DNA of 64,000 bases from NCBI RefSeq assembly GCF_009914755.1, contig NC_060928.1; one strand, written 5' to 3'. Shown one piece after another: positions 28,171 through 42,049 of the stretch. The translations under genes and the position numbers were made by a program. The DNA is from the human T2T-CHM13v2.0 reference genome, Homo sapiens. The stretch's first letter is position 1. Each line of letters begins with the position of its first letter. The notes under the pieces are model-generated. The model saw only the letters and a program-made list of their open reading frames with translations. It ran no database searches and was not told the DNA's origin.

Positions 28171-30244
28171 GGGTTATTAGATCGGTCTCTAACTTAAAAC
28201 CTACTTATTCTTAAAATTTAGCCTACAACTTTCTTTACGTTTAAACAAATCTAGCATGTGAAGTATAATTTATTTTGTGTTCTGGTATTCCTCAGTTATC
28301 TTTCTTATGCTTGGTTGGTTCACCTAAGTTATTAACTTTAGAGGATAAAATTTGTATCTTCTCTGGTAGATGTATTGGGAACATAGAAATAGCTCGCTAG
28401 ATTTGTTTACTTAATCCCCAATGGAAATATCAAAAGTATACCTTGGGAGGAAGATAACCTGGCTTAAATTTATCTTTTACTTTTCTCCCCATTAGAGAAA
28501 GTCAGACTTCTTAACAGTTTACTAATGCTTTAGAACTAGGAAAAGTTTTGTTCCGATTGGAATTTCTAGTTTCTGGATTTTAACAAACTGTCAGCTTTCA
28601 TAAAGCAAGTTTGTAGAATTTAATTTTCCTTCCCTATTTTATATCTTAATCATAACCACAGTACAAATAATTTGTTGTTTCAAAATCTCCATTCACTCAT
28701 ACATTTTATTCTTGTTGACCTTGGCTTATGCAATTTGGGTGGAAAGAATCACTAACTAGGAGAGGAATATTTGAACTTTGATTTTATGTTTCAGACAAAG
28801 TCTTAACTGAGACTTCAGCCACATGAAAGCATGAAATTATTATCTGCCTACTTTGGGAAAACCACCAGTTTAAAATATAAAAGAATTGTATTGTGTGATA
28901 GCTTACTCTAAGAAACTTTATTTTCTGTTCTTAACTACTAAATGAATATTTGGGCAATGGAAAATTTTTGTTTTCTATAGCCTTATGAATGTTAGTCTTA
29001 AAATCATTTTAAAAAATTCATCTGGTGTCAGGTATCATTAAAAACTCCATATTTGTGCCAGATTAACTGAAAACTTTGGCCCCAGATAAATTGGTGGATT
29101 TTGGCCAAGTTTTAGGCAAACTTGGGTCTTTCTTTATTTCAGGTAGAAAGTACATAAAGCTCTATGGATTCTTGCCCTCTGACCTAAACCAACTAAAATT
29201 CAACAATTTGGCTATGATTTCCTTCGAGGTTTCATATATTTTTTCGGCTATAAAATGTGAACCCAGGTCAAGAGGCATATACTGAAGCCTCAGTTTTAGC
29301 AAGAAAAATATATATGAACTAAAAGTGGAAATTCTACAGAAACTTGGCTGAGGAGAAAACTTTAAAACTGGAACAATTAACTTAGACTATTTGGGAGAAG
29401 TGAGTCTTTCATGTAATTTGCTCTCTTTTTCTGTTCTCATAATTTTAAAGAGTTTTGCGCTAACAGGCTTCTGTGCTGCATTACAATCTTTTGATAGGTT
29501 CTGTAGAGAAACTTCTCTTATTTTTTCCCTTTGCCTTTAATGTTTTGACTCTTCAATTTGAATTACTCTTTTATTTCTTTTTAATGCTTTTCTATTATGA
29601 GGAACTTAGCAAATTTCCCTCAAGGACTGAATCAGAGGGAACAGTGAATTAATCCAGGCAATATTGCACTCCATGTTATGCTCCCTTGTGATCCTTGTGT
29701 TGACCACTTTCTCTGGACAAGGACACAGCTCTGTAACATACCATGACTCAAGATGAGTTTCTTCTGTTTTGTGGAAACACTCCCCAAGAGGTGAAGAGGT
29801 GACTTCTATCCCTCCCCTTTGTCTAAACATCTCAGTCCCGGAGCTCACAATTATTTCTAAAGAGTTTCTAGCTGTTCTCACCAGGAGTGTGTTGAGCCCT
29901 TATGCAAGTAAAACTTCAAGAGGCACACCTAAACTTGTCTGAAAAGTCTCCTGAAGATCCTTCAAACAACTTTTCTCTCCTTTCTTTTTTTCCCAGTAAC
30001 CTCTTTACTCCTTTCCATGAAGATTTCCATGCCTCAGAACAAAGTTGACCTCATCTTGAAGACAGGATAGAGGGGAGATAATGCCTGTCAACATCTATCA
30101 CAAAATGTTGCTCAACTTACTGATGAATTAATAAAAAGTCATCTGTACTCTCTTCTGAAGCCCATCATCTGCTCCTGTAAGCCTTATTTCCCACTGTTCT
30201 TCTATATAGTGTATGCTCTAGTCAAAAATTTGACTCTTGCTATC

Positions 30245-30390
30245 ATTCATTAATTCCTTCAATCAGTGAGTGTTTTTGAGTGTCTGCTATGTGCCAGACA
30301 CTATTCTGGCCTCCAAAGATCCATTAAAACAAGCAAAACAAAAACCAGACACATTTCATGGTCTCATGGACCCCACATTCTAGTATAGCC
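30245..30390 (-). mobile_element. L2 3' relic
   Basis: cattcattaattccttcaa...tttttgagtgtctgctatgtgccagacactattct. Confidence 0.75.
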
Positions 30391-31924
30391 TGGGCATTCC
30401 AGCTTTGTGTCTTTCTCTTCTTTAGTGGTCCCTCCTTAAGTATTGCCAGTCCTAACTTTCAACTGTTCCCTATGTTTCAAAGTTGTCTTGAATCCACAAA
30501 GTGCCTTATTAAGAGTAAGTTAATAGACTTACTCTTAACACTTGCAAGGTTGCGAGGCCTAGGATTGAAGTATGAATGAAATCTACATACTATTTGTATA
30601 AATATTTAAAAGATACAAGTTTAGCTGAAAACTCTGATAGCTATACAATTTCAAAATTTTAAAAATGTGTAAGGCTATGGTGTTTATTTTTCTAAAAGTT
30701 GGCAAAGTATCCAAGATTACTACGTGTATTTTTGAGCATATTTGGCTATTCTGTGTTGTTTAGCTCTTAAAAATTTTAAATGTTTAATATTGCAGACTGT
30801 TGCTCAGCTTCTATGTGCTCCTATTGCAAACATACTAATTTACTAAAGTATGAATGTGTCCACATGCCACACCTGGAACCTGTGGAGAAGAATAGCCCAG
30901 CAACAGCTGGGAAAGATGCTTCATTATAAAGAATCCTTTGCACCCATACTGAAAAGAAGAACTGTACAAGTTAATTAATTTGTGTTTTCTCTTACCTAAC
31001 TCTTCTGCTGCTCACATCTTTCCCATATAACAAAGTAGTATCATCTCTGAAGTCAGCAGCAGCTGGCCTCATGCCATTTCATACCATTTTCATGCAGTCA
31101 TCTTTTGTTCTGGGGACAAATGACAAGAGGTTTGAAGAGTTGATTATTTGGGACTTGAAGGAGGTTTGACATGAGAACCTGCATTTAAAACCACAGATTG
31201 GGCTCTGCTTGCTGGACCCCAGGTGACGATATATCCACGTATTCTGTTATAAATTTGGGTTTGTATGTTCATAATGTGTGGCACTCTCTAAAGTGTGAGG
31301 CCCAAAGGAGGATATTCTTACACAGGCCTGAAGGTAATACTTTCTGAAGGAAACTTTACTTGGACTAGGAGTGATCTATAATTCTGAAATCTCTAAACAC
31401 TGCATTTTTTTTGTAATGTCTGGAAAAATGTGAGAAATGCTATAATACTTTGCCCATATGTCATATCTCCTCATAGAAAAAAAGTATTTTATGAGTATGA
31501 AAGTAATTTATTTGTTTTTTCAACCACCATCTGTGCACAATAGATTCAAGATTATAGAGTATTGTTTAAAAAAAAATTGAACAGCTAAACTAAGTACGAA
31601 AATGCAAATAACTGTAATTCATAATCCTTGCTTTCTTAAACTTAAGAATAAGTTTTATACATCTCTGTGACAGGGTAATTAACAACCACCACCAAATGGC
31701 AAATGTGAATTGCAGTGTGGGCGGGAGAGGAGTGAGGGAAGGAAGAAGAGTAAGAATCAGTTTAGTTTAAGAGGAAATTAGGAAATACTAATGGGAAGGT
31801 TCAGAAGGAAATAAGAGTTACAGGATTAGAGGTCAAGGCAGAGATTAGGGTTAGTGAATGATTTCTGCATTGTGGTTCAGAATTATAATAATGATATTTG
31901 CCTCTGTGGTGGTAATCAATACAT

Positions 31925-32130
31925 TTCATAAGTGTTTCCTATGTGTCAATGATTCTATTGAATATTTTACATGTACCAGCTCATTTAGTCCTTAGAACCA
32001 CATGAGGTTGCTGTTACCACAATCCTTCTCTTTGAGATCATATAAATAAGGCTTTGAGATGGTTACTTGCTAACAGAGCCAGGAAGTGAACCCAGGTGTA
32101 TCTGACTGCAAAGCTTCCTTTTAATCACAA
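31925..32130 (-). mobile_element. MIR SINE
   Basis: ctcatttagtccttagaaccacatgaggt...gaacccaggtgtatctgactgcaaagc. Confidence 0.7.
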
Positions 32131-32244
32131 GGATATTTGAAGTCATTGGATAGGATTCAGGCTCCTTGGAATAAGGCAAAGAAAAATAAAAGAAGAAAAG
32201 GACAGTTAGAGAATGGTAACATCTTGGAGAAGAAAAAGAAGCTT

Positions 32245-33250
32245 TATTAATTTGGCTAACTTATGAGTGAACAAAATCCCACTTGAATTGATTTAAGCAA
32301 AAGAGGGGATTTTAATGGAAGGCTAAGCTATGAAAGAATGGGACAACCATGATTGGAGAAAGGTCAATATCTTTTATAGTATCGAGAACCAAACTCCAGC
32401 ATCAAGCTTGTTTCCCTGTCTCTTAGCCGTGCTTCTTTTCTCCATATGTCAAGCTCATTCTTATCTCTTTCTAAAGAGTTTTTTCCATGTGGCAAGAACT
32501 CAGGTAACCAAAATTTCCAAAATTTTATAGCTTATGATTTCAGTCAACAGAGTCACATTGGCATGACTCTTTGGCTCTTGAGTCCAAAAATCAGGACGAG
32601 GTACTAATTGTCCCTGCCTAGGTCAAGACATACCAATAGTATTAGGATGCTTTTTGCTGCACAACAAAAAACATGAATAACCTCTTATTGTATATTTTTC
32701 TTACATAACAAGAAGTTTAGAGGGAGGGGTTCTAGAGTTGGTCAGGGCTAAATGTCAAGGGGCAGATTATCTAGGATTCTTTTAGCATTCTGTGTGGGTA
32801 GAAGCATTAATGCCGTTGTTGTCATAACCATATCCTTATGGTAGCATATGAAGCAGAAAAGAGGCAGGAAAAATAACTCTCCTTGTGTGACATTCTCTTT
32901 TTATTTGGAGAGAAATAACTGCATTTCAGGGTTAATGGGATCTGAACCTAATACAATTTTGGGATCTTCTTTAAGAAAACCAGAAAAATATTAAAATTAA
33001 AAATGGGGCACAGGGCTTTGACTGGAGTCATTACGAATGTTGGCCTCTAAACTTCCTGGTAAATCAAGTTTCTGTTGAATTTTCTCCTTTGTTTCAGTGG
33101 TTGGACTGAGTCCCATGAAGCCAGATCACTTCTGACTGCAAGGAGCTTGGAAAAGCAAGTATCTGGATCTTTTACCAGCTAAATTTGGAGGTAGGTATCT
33201 ACCAGACTAGGGAAGAAGAGAAGAATGGCTGTTGAGTGCAGATCAATTTG
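32245..33250 (-). mobile_element. Degenerate old MLT1 (J/K/L-like) LTR pieces
   Basis: ttaagcaaaagaggggattttaatgg; tttttcttacataacaagaagt; gactgcaaggagcttggaaaa. Confidence 0.55.
32920..33070 (-). mobile_element. MER53-like DNA transposon nested in MLT1
   Basis: ctgaacctaatacaattttgggatcttctttaagaaaa...acagggcttt...cttcctggtaaatc resembles reverse MER53. Confidence 0.6.
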
Positions 33251-33347
33251 TTTCCACTGAAGTCTATGGTTGAAATATTTATGCATAGCTGAGATATAGA
33301 ATTGTGCTGTAAAATGTGGTTGATTTGGTGGTAACTATGTGGATAGG

Positions 33348-33784
33348 TGTGGTAGGTTGAAGTGTCCCCTGCAAATTTATGTCTACCTGGGATCTCAGAA
33401 TGTGACTTTAATTGGAAATAGAGTCTTGCTGATGCAATTAGTTAAGAATTTTGAGATGAGTCGTACTGGGCTTTCGGTGGGTGCTAAATCCAATGGCTGG
33501 CATCCTTATAAGAAGAGAGGACACACACACACACAGAACAGGCCATTCAAAGATGGAGGCAGAGCTTGGGGTTATGCTGACAGGAGCCAAGGAATGCTGG
33601 GGGGACATTAGAAGCTGAAAGAAGCAGGGAAGGATTTTCCTCTATAGGTTCAGAGGATGCATGGCCCTGCTGACACCTTGATTTCTGGCTTCCAGCCTCT
33701 AGAACTGAGAGATAATTAATTTCTGCTGTAATAAATCACCCAGTTTGTGGTCATTTACTGTGGCAACCTTAGGAAGCTAAAGCA
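33348..33784 (+). mobile_element. MLT1C-like MaLR solo LTR
   Basis: TG...CA ends; intact 5-bp TSD atagg (33343-33347, 33785-33789); ggccctgctgacaccttgattt core. Confidence 0.92.
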
Positions 33785-34132
33785 ATAGGGTGAAGGGCAG
33801 TTATCAGAATAAGGGGATGTGGTGCTGGTAGACAATCCCAAAGGTGTCCACTGCAGAATTTACAAAAGGAGCTTAGCAGTAGGTGGAGTCATAGCTACAG
33901 AATGAGAGCCAGGTTGGTATATAGCCTTGATGTTATGACAAGGCATGAGAATGTCAGCACCAGGAAGAGTGAGCACTGAGAAGTTGAGAAAAGAGGGAAG
34001 TCATGATGAGACAGGAGGACAAGCACCTAGCCTTTCATCTAGACAAACTAATTCCTAAGCATTTCTACCTCCTTCCTGAATCTGCCTGTGAATGTCCTTC
34101 ATGTGAAATGCTCGTCACCTCACTCTGCTTGA

Positions 34133-34588
<456 letters not shown>

Positions 34589-36071
34589 GTGGTAGGATAC
34601 TCTTGAAGTTATTTAGGACGTGTTTAATTAAAGACAATGGCATGCAATGTGTATCTTGTGGAGTCTGAGCAAAAAAAAATAAGAGACACTGATATTAAAT
34701 TTTATGTATAAGTCTTCTGTATTTAAATACAGTGATTTAATAAAATCTGTTATTTGGAGACGGAGAAGTATTTCATGTATTTTCATTTTAGACATAAAGG
34801 AAATCAACTCCTTTGAAGTACCAAAATTTATAACTTAAATTGTTTTGATATAAATATACCTAAAACATATTGTATAGTTCTCTGGATTCTTATACAGAAT
34901 GCATCTTCTCCCTGCTGACCCAGGGTCAACATTATACACATCCATTATTGTTCTGTGTGATATTATAATGTTCTGGGGCCTCTTTCCTAAATACCCTGAC
35001 AATCATGCTGCTCTTTTCTCTTGCTGTGAGCTGACCAGCTGTGCCCCTGCCTGTTGCCAGCACGCTCCCCTCTCCTAGATCCCTGTCTTCCTCTAGTGCA
35101 GTTTTTAATTCATCGTGGCCTGGGAATCCAGATAACATAGCTAATTAGAAATGATCTAAATGTAAGAGTGAATGCCCCTGAGGGAGCATCTGTGGCCTTC
35201 TCTGTGAGTTTCTATGGGGATCTCTCCTTTGCGTTAGATGCCGTAAGCGTTAGTGTATGGATGGCAGACCTGTTTTTCCTTTGCTTCTCAACACTCAATT
35301 AGATCCGTGTAGCTAATGAAATTCATGAGAGCATGCAGCAAAATTCTGTATAGGAAGGTTTTTTTTTCCTTCTTTACATAGTTTCCCATGTTCTAAATTA
35401 GTTGTTTTAATGTTATCTATGTGTTTTTGTTTCATTTTAGGGTATCAGTGGGATAATATTAACTGCCAAAATAATTCATTAGTTGTAAAGCTCCATCCTG
35501 GCTAAACTGTGGATAATGTGCCTCTTAGCTTAGACTGCTGAAAAGTCATTATGGTCAATGACTGACCCACAGCCACCATGTGAAAAACCTGGGTTTAACT
35601 AGAAAGTAAAAACTGCTGGAACAACCTGATTGTGCCAAGAGGTAGTATGTTAAATCTATGTAGAAGTAGCAGAAGTTACAGGAAAAAAGCCAGTGATTAC
35701 CAGGGTGTCACATTGTTTATGAACCAGGTTGCTGAGTCTTTGAATCTGGAGATGATAATTTAAGTCAAAATTTCAAGAGTAGGAATTCTGAGGTCAGAAT
35801 CAATAGTGTAGTTGGGTATAAGTCATTTGAATAAAAAGCCGGCTTTTGAGCTTGACCCCTTTTCTCTCAGTTCCTTTTCCTAATTATCCTACTTTTCTCA
35901 AAAATGTCACTCACAAACTCTTTTGCTGTGAGAGTTAATGGTGAGGTGCATAAAATACACATACAAGTTTCAAAAGTGAAGTATAAATAGCCATAGCCTT
36001 TCAAAGTATTATTCAGGTTTAGGAAAACAAGTGCCTTTACACATCATTCGAGCACCCGAGGATGATTCTAC

Positions 36072-36410
36072 CTGCAGATGGGCCTTTAAATAAGTGTGAG
36101 TTTGCTGCTGCTTCTCAACTCCCAGTTGGATACTGAAAAAAAAGATCTTTCTCAATTTCCTGTTCTTGTGCGTTATTAAAATCCTTCTGTTGCCCCCACT
36201 GCCACCCCTGCCTCTTTCTTCTTTTCCCATCTTTTTGTGTGGAGGATGTTATCCACAGTTCCCAGCAGTGATGATGCATTTGAGTCAGGAGGATGAGATT
36301 GTGACCCAGATACAGTGCATGAGAAATGAGTGATGGGAAGAGAGAATGACATGACGGGGGGCGGAGGGGGGGGAGAGGGGGGAGAGAGAGAGAGAGAGAG
36401 AGTGAGCAGT
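36072..36410. promoter_or_regulatory. Promoter/enhancer-like element: GC box, G-runs, (GA)n, AP-1 site
   Basis: gggggcggag at ~36357, G-runs to 36382, (AG)10 to 36402, tgagtca at 36281; unique sequence. Confidence 0.4.
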
Positions 36411-37604
36411 GGTGAAGGGTTATGAGTTGTACAGTTATTTCTAGCTTTGAATGGTTTCCAAATCTCATACATTCACAGACAACCTCGCCAAAGCCCACAG
36501 CTGTCATGCATTTTCAACAGATTCCACAGGGCCTAGATGAGGTTTGAAGGCATTCCTTTGCTCTTACACATTAGCTAAAAGGAATTACCGTAACATCTGA
36601 TATTGTGGAAGTGGGACATTTGCCATCCTGACCTTGCCCAAAGCAGTCCGGAAATAGGAGTCTAAGAATGTATTATCTCATATGGCCCCTAAAGGTCACC
36701 AGGGGCCTGTCGGTGGCATTCTGAGAAAATCCAAGCACCCAATATGCTCTGCATTTGGAGAAACTGGGCTGCTTTGTATGGGCACAGTGGGCAGACACAT
36801 GTTCCCATTGCTCGTTGGATGTTTGTCATAGGAAAGGCATGTTCCACTGGAGAAATTCCCAGCTGTCAGTAATGTGCTGATATACCACAGCCAATCATCA
36901 GAGGATGAGCCAAATAAACAGGATGTTCACAATGTGTGTGATTGCATGAGTGTGTAACAAAACTTCTGCCCATTTCACAGCCTCATAATGGGATTGACAT
37001 GCATTGCTTAATGCATCTGTCTGTTTAGGATAGAAAGGCATAAACACCATGGAAACCATGTGTAAGAAAGCCCTTTCTTTGGCTATATGGGCTGTTGATA
37101 TGATGGGATGAAATCTGGTATAAATTGGGAAAGAACATTGCTTTAATATTATGAGTTTACTTGCTGGGAAGTGCCTTGAAGTCATCCAAACACAGATGAG
37201 AAGGAATAATCAGATAATCAGTAGCTATTGAGAGTTAACAAAAGGGGCTGAGTTGATATGAATATTTTTACATACCAGTGGCGTCATCTTCATTCTTTCT
37301 TCTTGTAAGACACTCATTAGTTGAATTATTTATATAAATGTACAGAAATGAGTCAAAGTTATGTCATTGCCCTTTTTGTTTGGATATGCTGCTACTGTTA
37401 ACAATTAGTTTCTAAATATATTCCCGAGGCAGCAATTTGGGAAGGGGGAGTAGTGGTTCCTTCAACACTCATGTGTAGATAGGTTCTTGGAAAAATAACA
37501 TCAGGTATCCTGTTAAGTGTCAGACCTTTTACTTCTCTGAGCATTCAAATCCCCTTTGCTCAAGGTGGCACATCCATTCATGATAATAACAGTAATAAAT
37601 AAGA

Positions 37605-37840
37605 TTTATTGTACATTTCCTGTTTGATGGTACTGAGCTAAGCCTTTAACATGCATTAACTCTTTTAATTCTCACAAAACATATAAGATTGATACTATTA
37701 TTATTACTATCATAATGATAAGAAAACCAGCATTCAGAGAAGATAGTAGGCTTTTAAGAAGGTAGAGTTAGTGACAGAGCAAGCTGGAACATGTATTTGA
37801 GTACTGAATCCATGCATTTAACCATTTCACTATGTTACCC
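37605..37840 (-). mobile_element. MIR SINE
   Basis: tactgagctaagcctttaacatgcattaactcttttaattctcacaa...catttaaccatttcactatg. Confidence 0.75.
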
Positions 37841-38289
37841 TTGTGTGTCCCTGCTCTATGTGAAATTTGATTCTATTACAGTCTCTGGTGTTAATTATTT
37901 TATTGCATTGAAATGTGATTTGTATTTCCTTGAACAGGACTAATGCACAAATATAATTTTGGTATCCTAGGGTCCATCTGTATAGAATATTTCACCAACC
38001 TAGTACAGTTGAGGAACATGCCATGAAGTCTTTGTAATGATTTTTCTCTCTTGTTAAGTTTTGGTCTTTTAATTGTGGTTATTATGTGCTGCTTTTCAAA
38101 CATTGCCCAAGATGCACTGATTTAGGAAAAAATCATATGTGCCAGGATGCTACCTCCTAATAATATTAACACTTTCAATAGGTTTTATGGATAAACACAG
38201 CAGGAAAGAAAAGGAGCTCTGAGTGTACAGAATCTGTGTGTTTATATTGGTTTATGAGATCGTTAGAGACTTGTATTGTATCATCTGGT

Positions 38290-38500
38290 AGAAAGCAGTA
38301 CCACATAATGGTTAGGACTTGGGCTCTAGAGTTTCACTACTTAACGATCTGTGTGACCCTGAGCCATTTCATTGATGTCTCTGAGCCCACTTCTTTCATC
38401 TGTACAGTAGGTATAAGATAATAATTTTTATAAGATTATTGTTAGGATGAAATGAGAGAATCCCTGTAAAATTCATGGCTCCTAATAAGTATTTTAAAGA
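38290..38500 (+). mobile_element. MIR SINE
   Basis: ctgtgtgaccctgagccatttcattgatgtctctgagcccacttctttcatctgta. Confidence 0.8.
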
Positions 38501-38519
38501 ATGCTCTGAAATGCCTTTC

Positions 38520-38730
38520 AGCACTCTTCATTGCCAATCCTTGTACTGTTTCTCTTTGAGTCCTTATCACAATTAGACATGCTGTATTACACTTGTTAAA
38601 TGTCATCTCCCTAAACTAGAATATAAACTCCCCAAACTCAGGTATGTGTCCTTCTCTCCCGTGCCCTCATTGCCTAGAACAGCATCTGACACAAGCTAGG
38701 CCCTTATGAATATTTGCAGATAAATAAATG
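38520..38730 (+). mobile_element. L2 3' end
   Basis: ctagaatataaactccc...tgcctagaacagcatctgacaca...tgaatatttgcagataaataaatga. Confidence 0.75.
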
Positions 38731-39012
38731 ACAGCTATTTTATTATCATCATTATTATCACTATTACTATGGCTCTTATTACCATGTGTTTCAGACTCAG
38801 ATACCATGCTTAAGAAAATCCTAAAAATACTGTTTAGATTTGAATAGTTACCAAGAGGCTTACGAAATATTTGATTTCTGATCATAGAAGTTTATAGGAA
38901 CATCAGAGCACATTGAGTTTAACCTCTTCAATTTATAAAATAAAAGACTTAGAATACTCCAAGGCCAAGTGATGTTAATTGGTCTTACTTGAGTCAAGAA
39001 TTACCAAGTGGC

Positions 39013-39336
39013 GGCAGGGGCGGTGGCTCACGCCTGTAATCCCAGTACTTTGGGAGGCCGAGGCGGGTGGATCACGAGGTCAGGAGATCGAGACCATCCT
39101 GGCTAACGAGACCATCCTGGCTATCATGGTGAAACCCCGTCTCTACTAAAAATACAAAAAATTAGCCAGGAGCGGTGGTGGGCGCCTGTAGTCCCAGCTA
39201 CTCGGGAGGCTGAGGCAGGAAAATGGCGTGAACCTGGGAGGCAGAGCTTGCAGTGAGCTGAGAGCGCTAGTGCACCTCGGCCTGGGCGAAAGAGCGAGAC
39301 TCTGTCACACAAAAAAAATAAAAATTAAAATAAAAA
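39013..39336 (+). mobile_element. AluY-like element with an internal 18-bp duplication, inserted in a MIR
   Basis: gagatcgagaccatcctggctaac and aatggcgtgaacc Y-type motifs; TSD aattaccaagtggc at 38999-39012 and 39337-39350. Confidence 0.97.
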
Positions 39337-40946
39337 AATTACCAAGTGGCAAGTAAGAGCTGGGATCCAGGCTCCAACCCCAGTCCAGTAAGCGCTCTTT
39401 CTGCTGTGCTCTACTGACATCTAACTTGGATACCAATATGGCTGTCCACTCTTCAGCAGACCAGGCCTCAACGAAACCATGGCCCTACTTTATCATTGCA
39501 TTTTACTCCAAACTTCTTGTCCCCTTTTGTTGACTAGTCATGGCTGTATCTTCCAGGTTTTTCACAGGAATGGAATTTCTTTTTTGATGATAAAATGTGC
39601 ACTAGTGACAAGTCATACATGGAAATGGCTGAGAACTGCAAGACACTGCTTGGGGCCAGGTAGAGATGCCCCTCTGCAGATAACTCAGTGAAAATTGGAT
39701 ACCTTTTGTCAGCTCTATTTGGAGTCTTTTACTGGATTTGGGATCTCCAAAGCATTTCATCCTGAGAGAAAATCAAAACAAAAGCTATAAAGTTTACTAC
39801 TCCTCTAGCTTAGAGCTGTCCAGGAAGAAAAATGTATGAATTCATTCAATCAACACTTACTAAGAGATAGTAAGAAATGGATGTGTGTGGATGGTATTTA
39901 CAAATATTTTCAAGTTGCATCATTTTCCCTCAAGGAGTTTATAGTCTAGCAAAAGATGGATTTTTCCAAATTAATCTTAGTGGTATATAACATGATAGTG
40001 AGAACATGGAGAGAGGAAATGAAAATAAAATTTTGAGGCAGCTTGGAGGAGGATGAGATTACTTCCAGATGGTGAATTGAGATGTTCATGGAAGAGGCAG
40101 CATTATAACTAGAATGATGGATCAGCAGTATTCTTCAAATTGCATGCAGCTTAGATCAAATATATTTTAAAGGTGATTTCTTAGGAAGTTCGTTTACTTC
40201 CTGACATTTTATATTCTTCTGTATGCCATATAACAGACTCAAATGTATATAATGTAATGTAAGTGCCGTAGCTTATTTCTCACAAGGAGGCATTTATTCG
40301 AGACATTGTTATGTATTTTTTGCATAGCCACAATTATAAATATTTACATGAGTTTATAAATAATAGCGTACCAAAAGAAAAAGAAATTGTATCTGGTACT
40401 TACACACATACAATATTTGGAGGCTCTACACATAGCTAAGATTATTTTTGGACATTTCTGATTTGACTTACATAACTGTTTATGCTTAAGCCACAAAAGG
40501 TTTTCAAACTAAAGTCCATTATGATAATAGTGTGATGTATCAAAGGCATCCATGAGCTGAACTCATGTTCTTATACTAAAAGTCTTGGAAAACATTTACA
40601 ATGTTTACAATGCCTTCACACACTTTTTTTCTCCTTATGGATGTATCTTTCTACTTAAAATAGCTGCATTTATTTTAGTAGTTGATCTCTTTCCTGGAAA
40701 TTATTTTCAAAAGTAAATACAATTTTAGTTAAATAAATATTTTAAGTTTTGCTTCACATTTTCAATGTATTAAGCACTACATGGTAACTAGAAAATTGAA
40801 AGTTTTTATTAATTTGATTAATGTAAGCCATATTTTACATTCAGCAACCCCAAATTAAATAAAAACAATCATAGAGGAATTATAAAGAATGTGATTTACA
40901 TCAGTTTAGTGCCGGGATGGCTTTTCATTTTCTAATCTTCCCTTAC

Positions 40947-41063
40947 CATTTCGACTTTGCCCTGTTCCTGGTCAGCTGGGAAGTTATCTGCTGTGGGGTT
41001 TCCTGTTTGCCTGTTGCTTTTCTACCTTGGGGTGCTGTAGCTACCCATTTGGCTTGCTCGCTC
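40947..41063 (-). other. Candidate 117-nt exon
   Basis: Minus strand: gctttag|GAGCG...GAAATG|gtaagg. Strong donor, weak polypyrimidine tract, one open frame. Confidence 0.3.
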
Positions 41064-41172
41064 CTAAAGCTATGACTGCAGCCATGTAGTCTTTCGTGTT
41101 TCACTTGAAACATGCTGACAGATGTGCTGACTGAACATTTTAACCAGTACACTTATTGTGGCTTCTTCTGAA

Positions 41173-41244
41173 GCTGATTAAGCTACCAAAACAATTCTAT
41201 GTTCTTCTGCTGATTAAGCTACCAAAACAATTCTGTGTTCCTCT
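41173..41244. repeat. 36-bp tandem duplication
   Basis: gctgattaagctaccaaaacaattct(a/g)tgttc(t/c)tct x2, 34/36 identical. Confidence 0.95.
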
Positions 41245-42049
41245 GAAGAACAAAGAAAGGGCAAAACCAAAAACATGAATCAAATAGAGCCAATATGGAA
41301 GATGTACAGCTTTAACAGAACATAAGAACTGTGGTGTTCAGTGGCTTTTGGAGGCCACATTCTTTCATGTGGAGAGAACATGGAATGGCTTACTGTCTTG
41401 CTATAGTTTGCTTTTACATTAGCACTAGATCTTACACTGGATTAGTCATTACTATTTGTAATGAGTCAATAAAACTTAAAAAATACCTTGGGACAGTTTT
41501 TCTAAGCTCAGGAAAATATGACTATAGCTAGGAGAATGATTTATTTCCAATTATTTATTGAGCTGCTATTATGTGATGAAGACTTATTTAAAGAGTAAAT
41601 ATTTTTGCAAGACATAGTCCCTGTCCAGGGGAACTGGTACACCATTGCTGAAACTGGTGTGGGGTCTTGCATGGTTGAAGGAAGTCAAAGCTCTAAGCCA
41701 AATTAAGGATTTTCTGGTTGCTGATAGAATATTAGAACTGAAAGGTCTTTCAGATATCGTCTACTCCTCTAATTTTATTTTATGAATATGGTAACTATAA
41801 TTGTTACTTGTCAAAGATCACCCGGAAATTTAGCAAGAAAGTCATATATGAACATATTTTTCTTTCCTCTAAATCTGATGTTTTTTTCATGATATGACAT
41901 ATATATTTATATTAATTTAAATGGGTCAAATGTAATTTAATTTTACTTTTATTAGTTTAGTGTATGTATGTATATGTATATATAAAACAGTAGTTCTCTC
42001 TGGAGATTGGCATTGTACATATACATGTATATATATACACACACACACA

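Noticed and set aside
41173-41244. 36-bp repeats as a CRISPR array
   Set aside because: Only two adjacent copies with no spacer, in a eukaryotic context.
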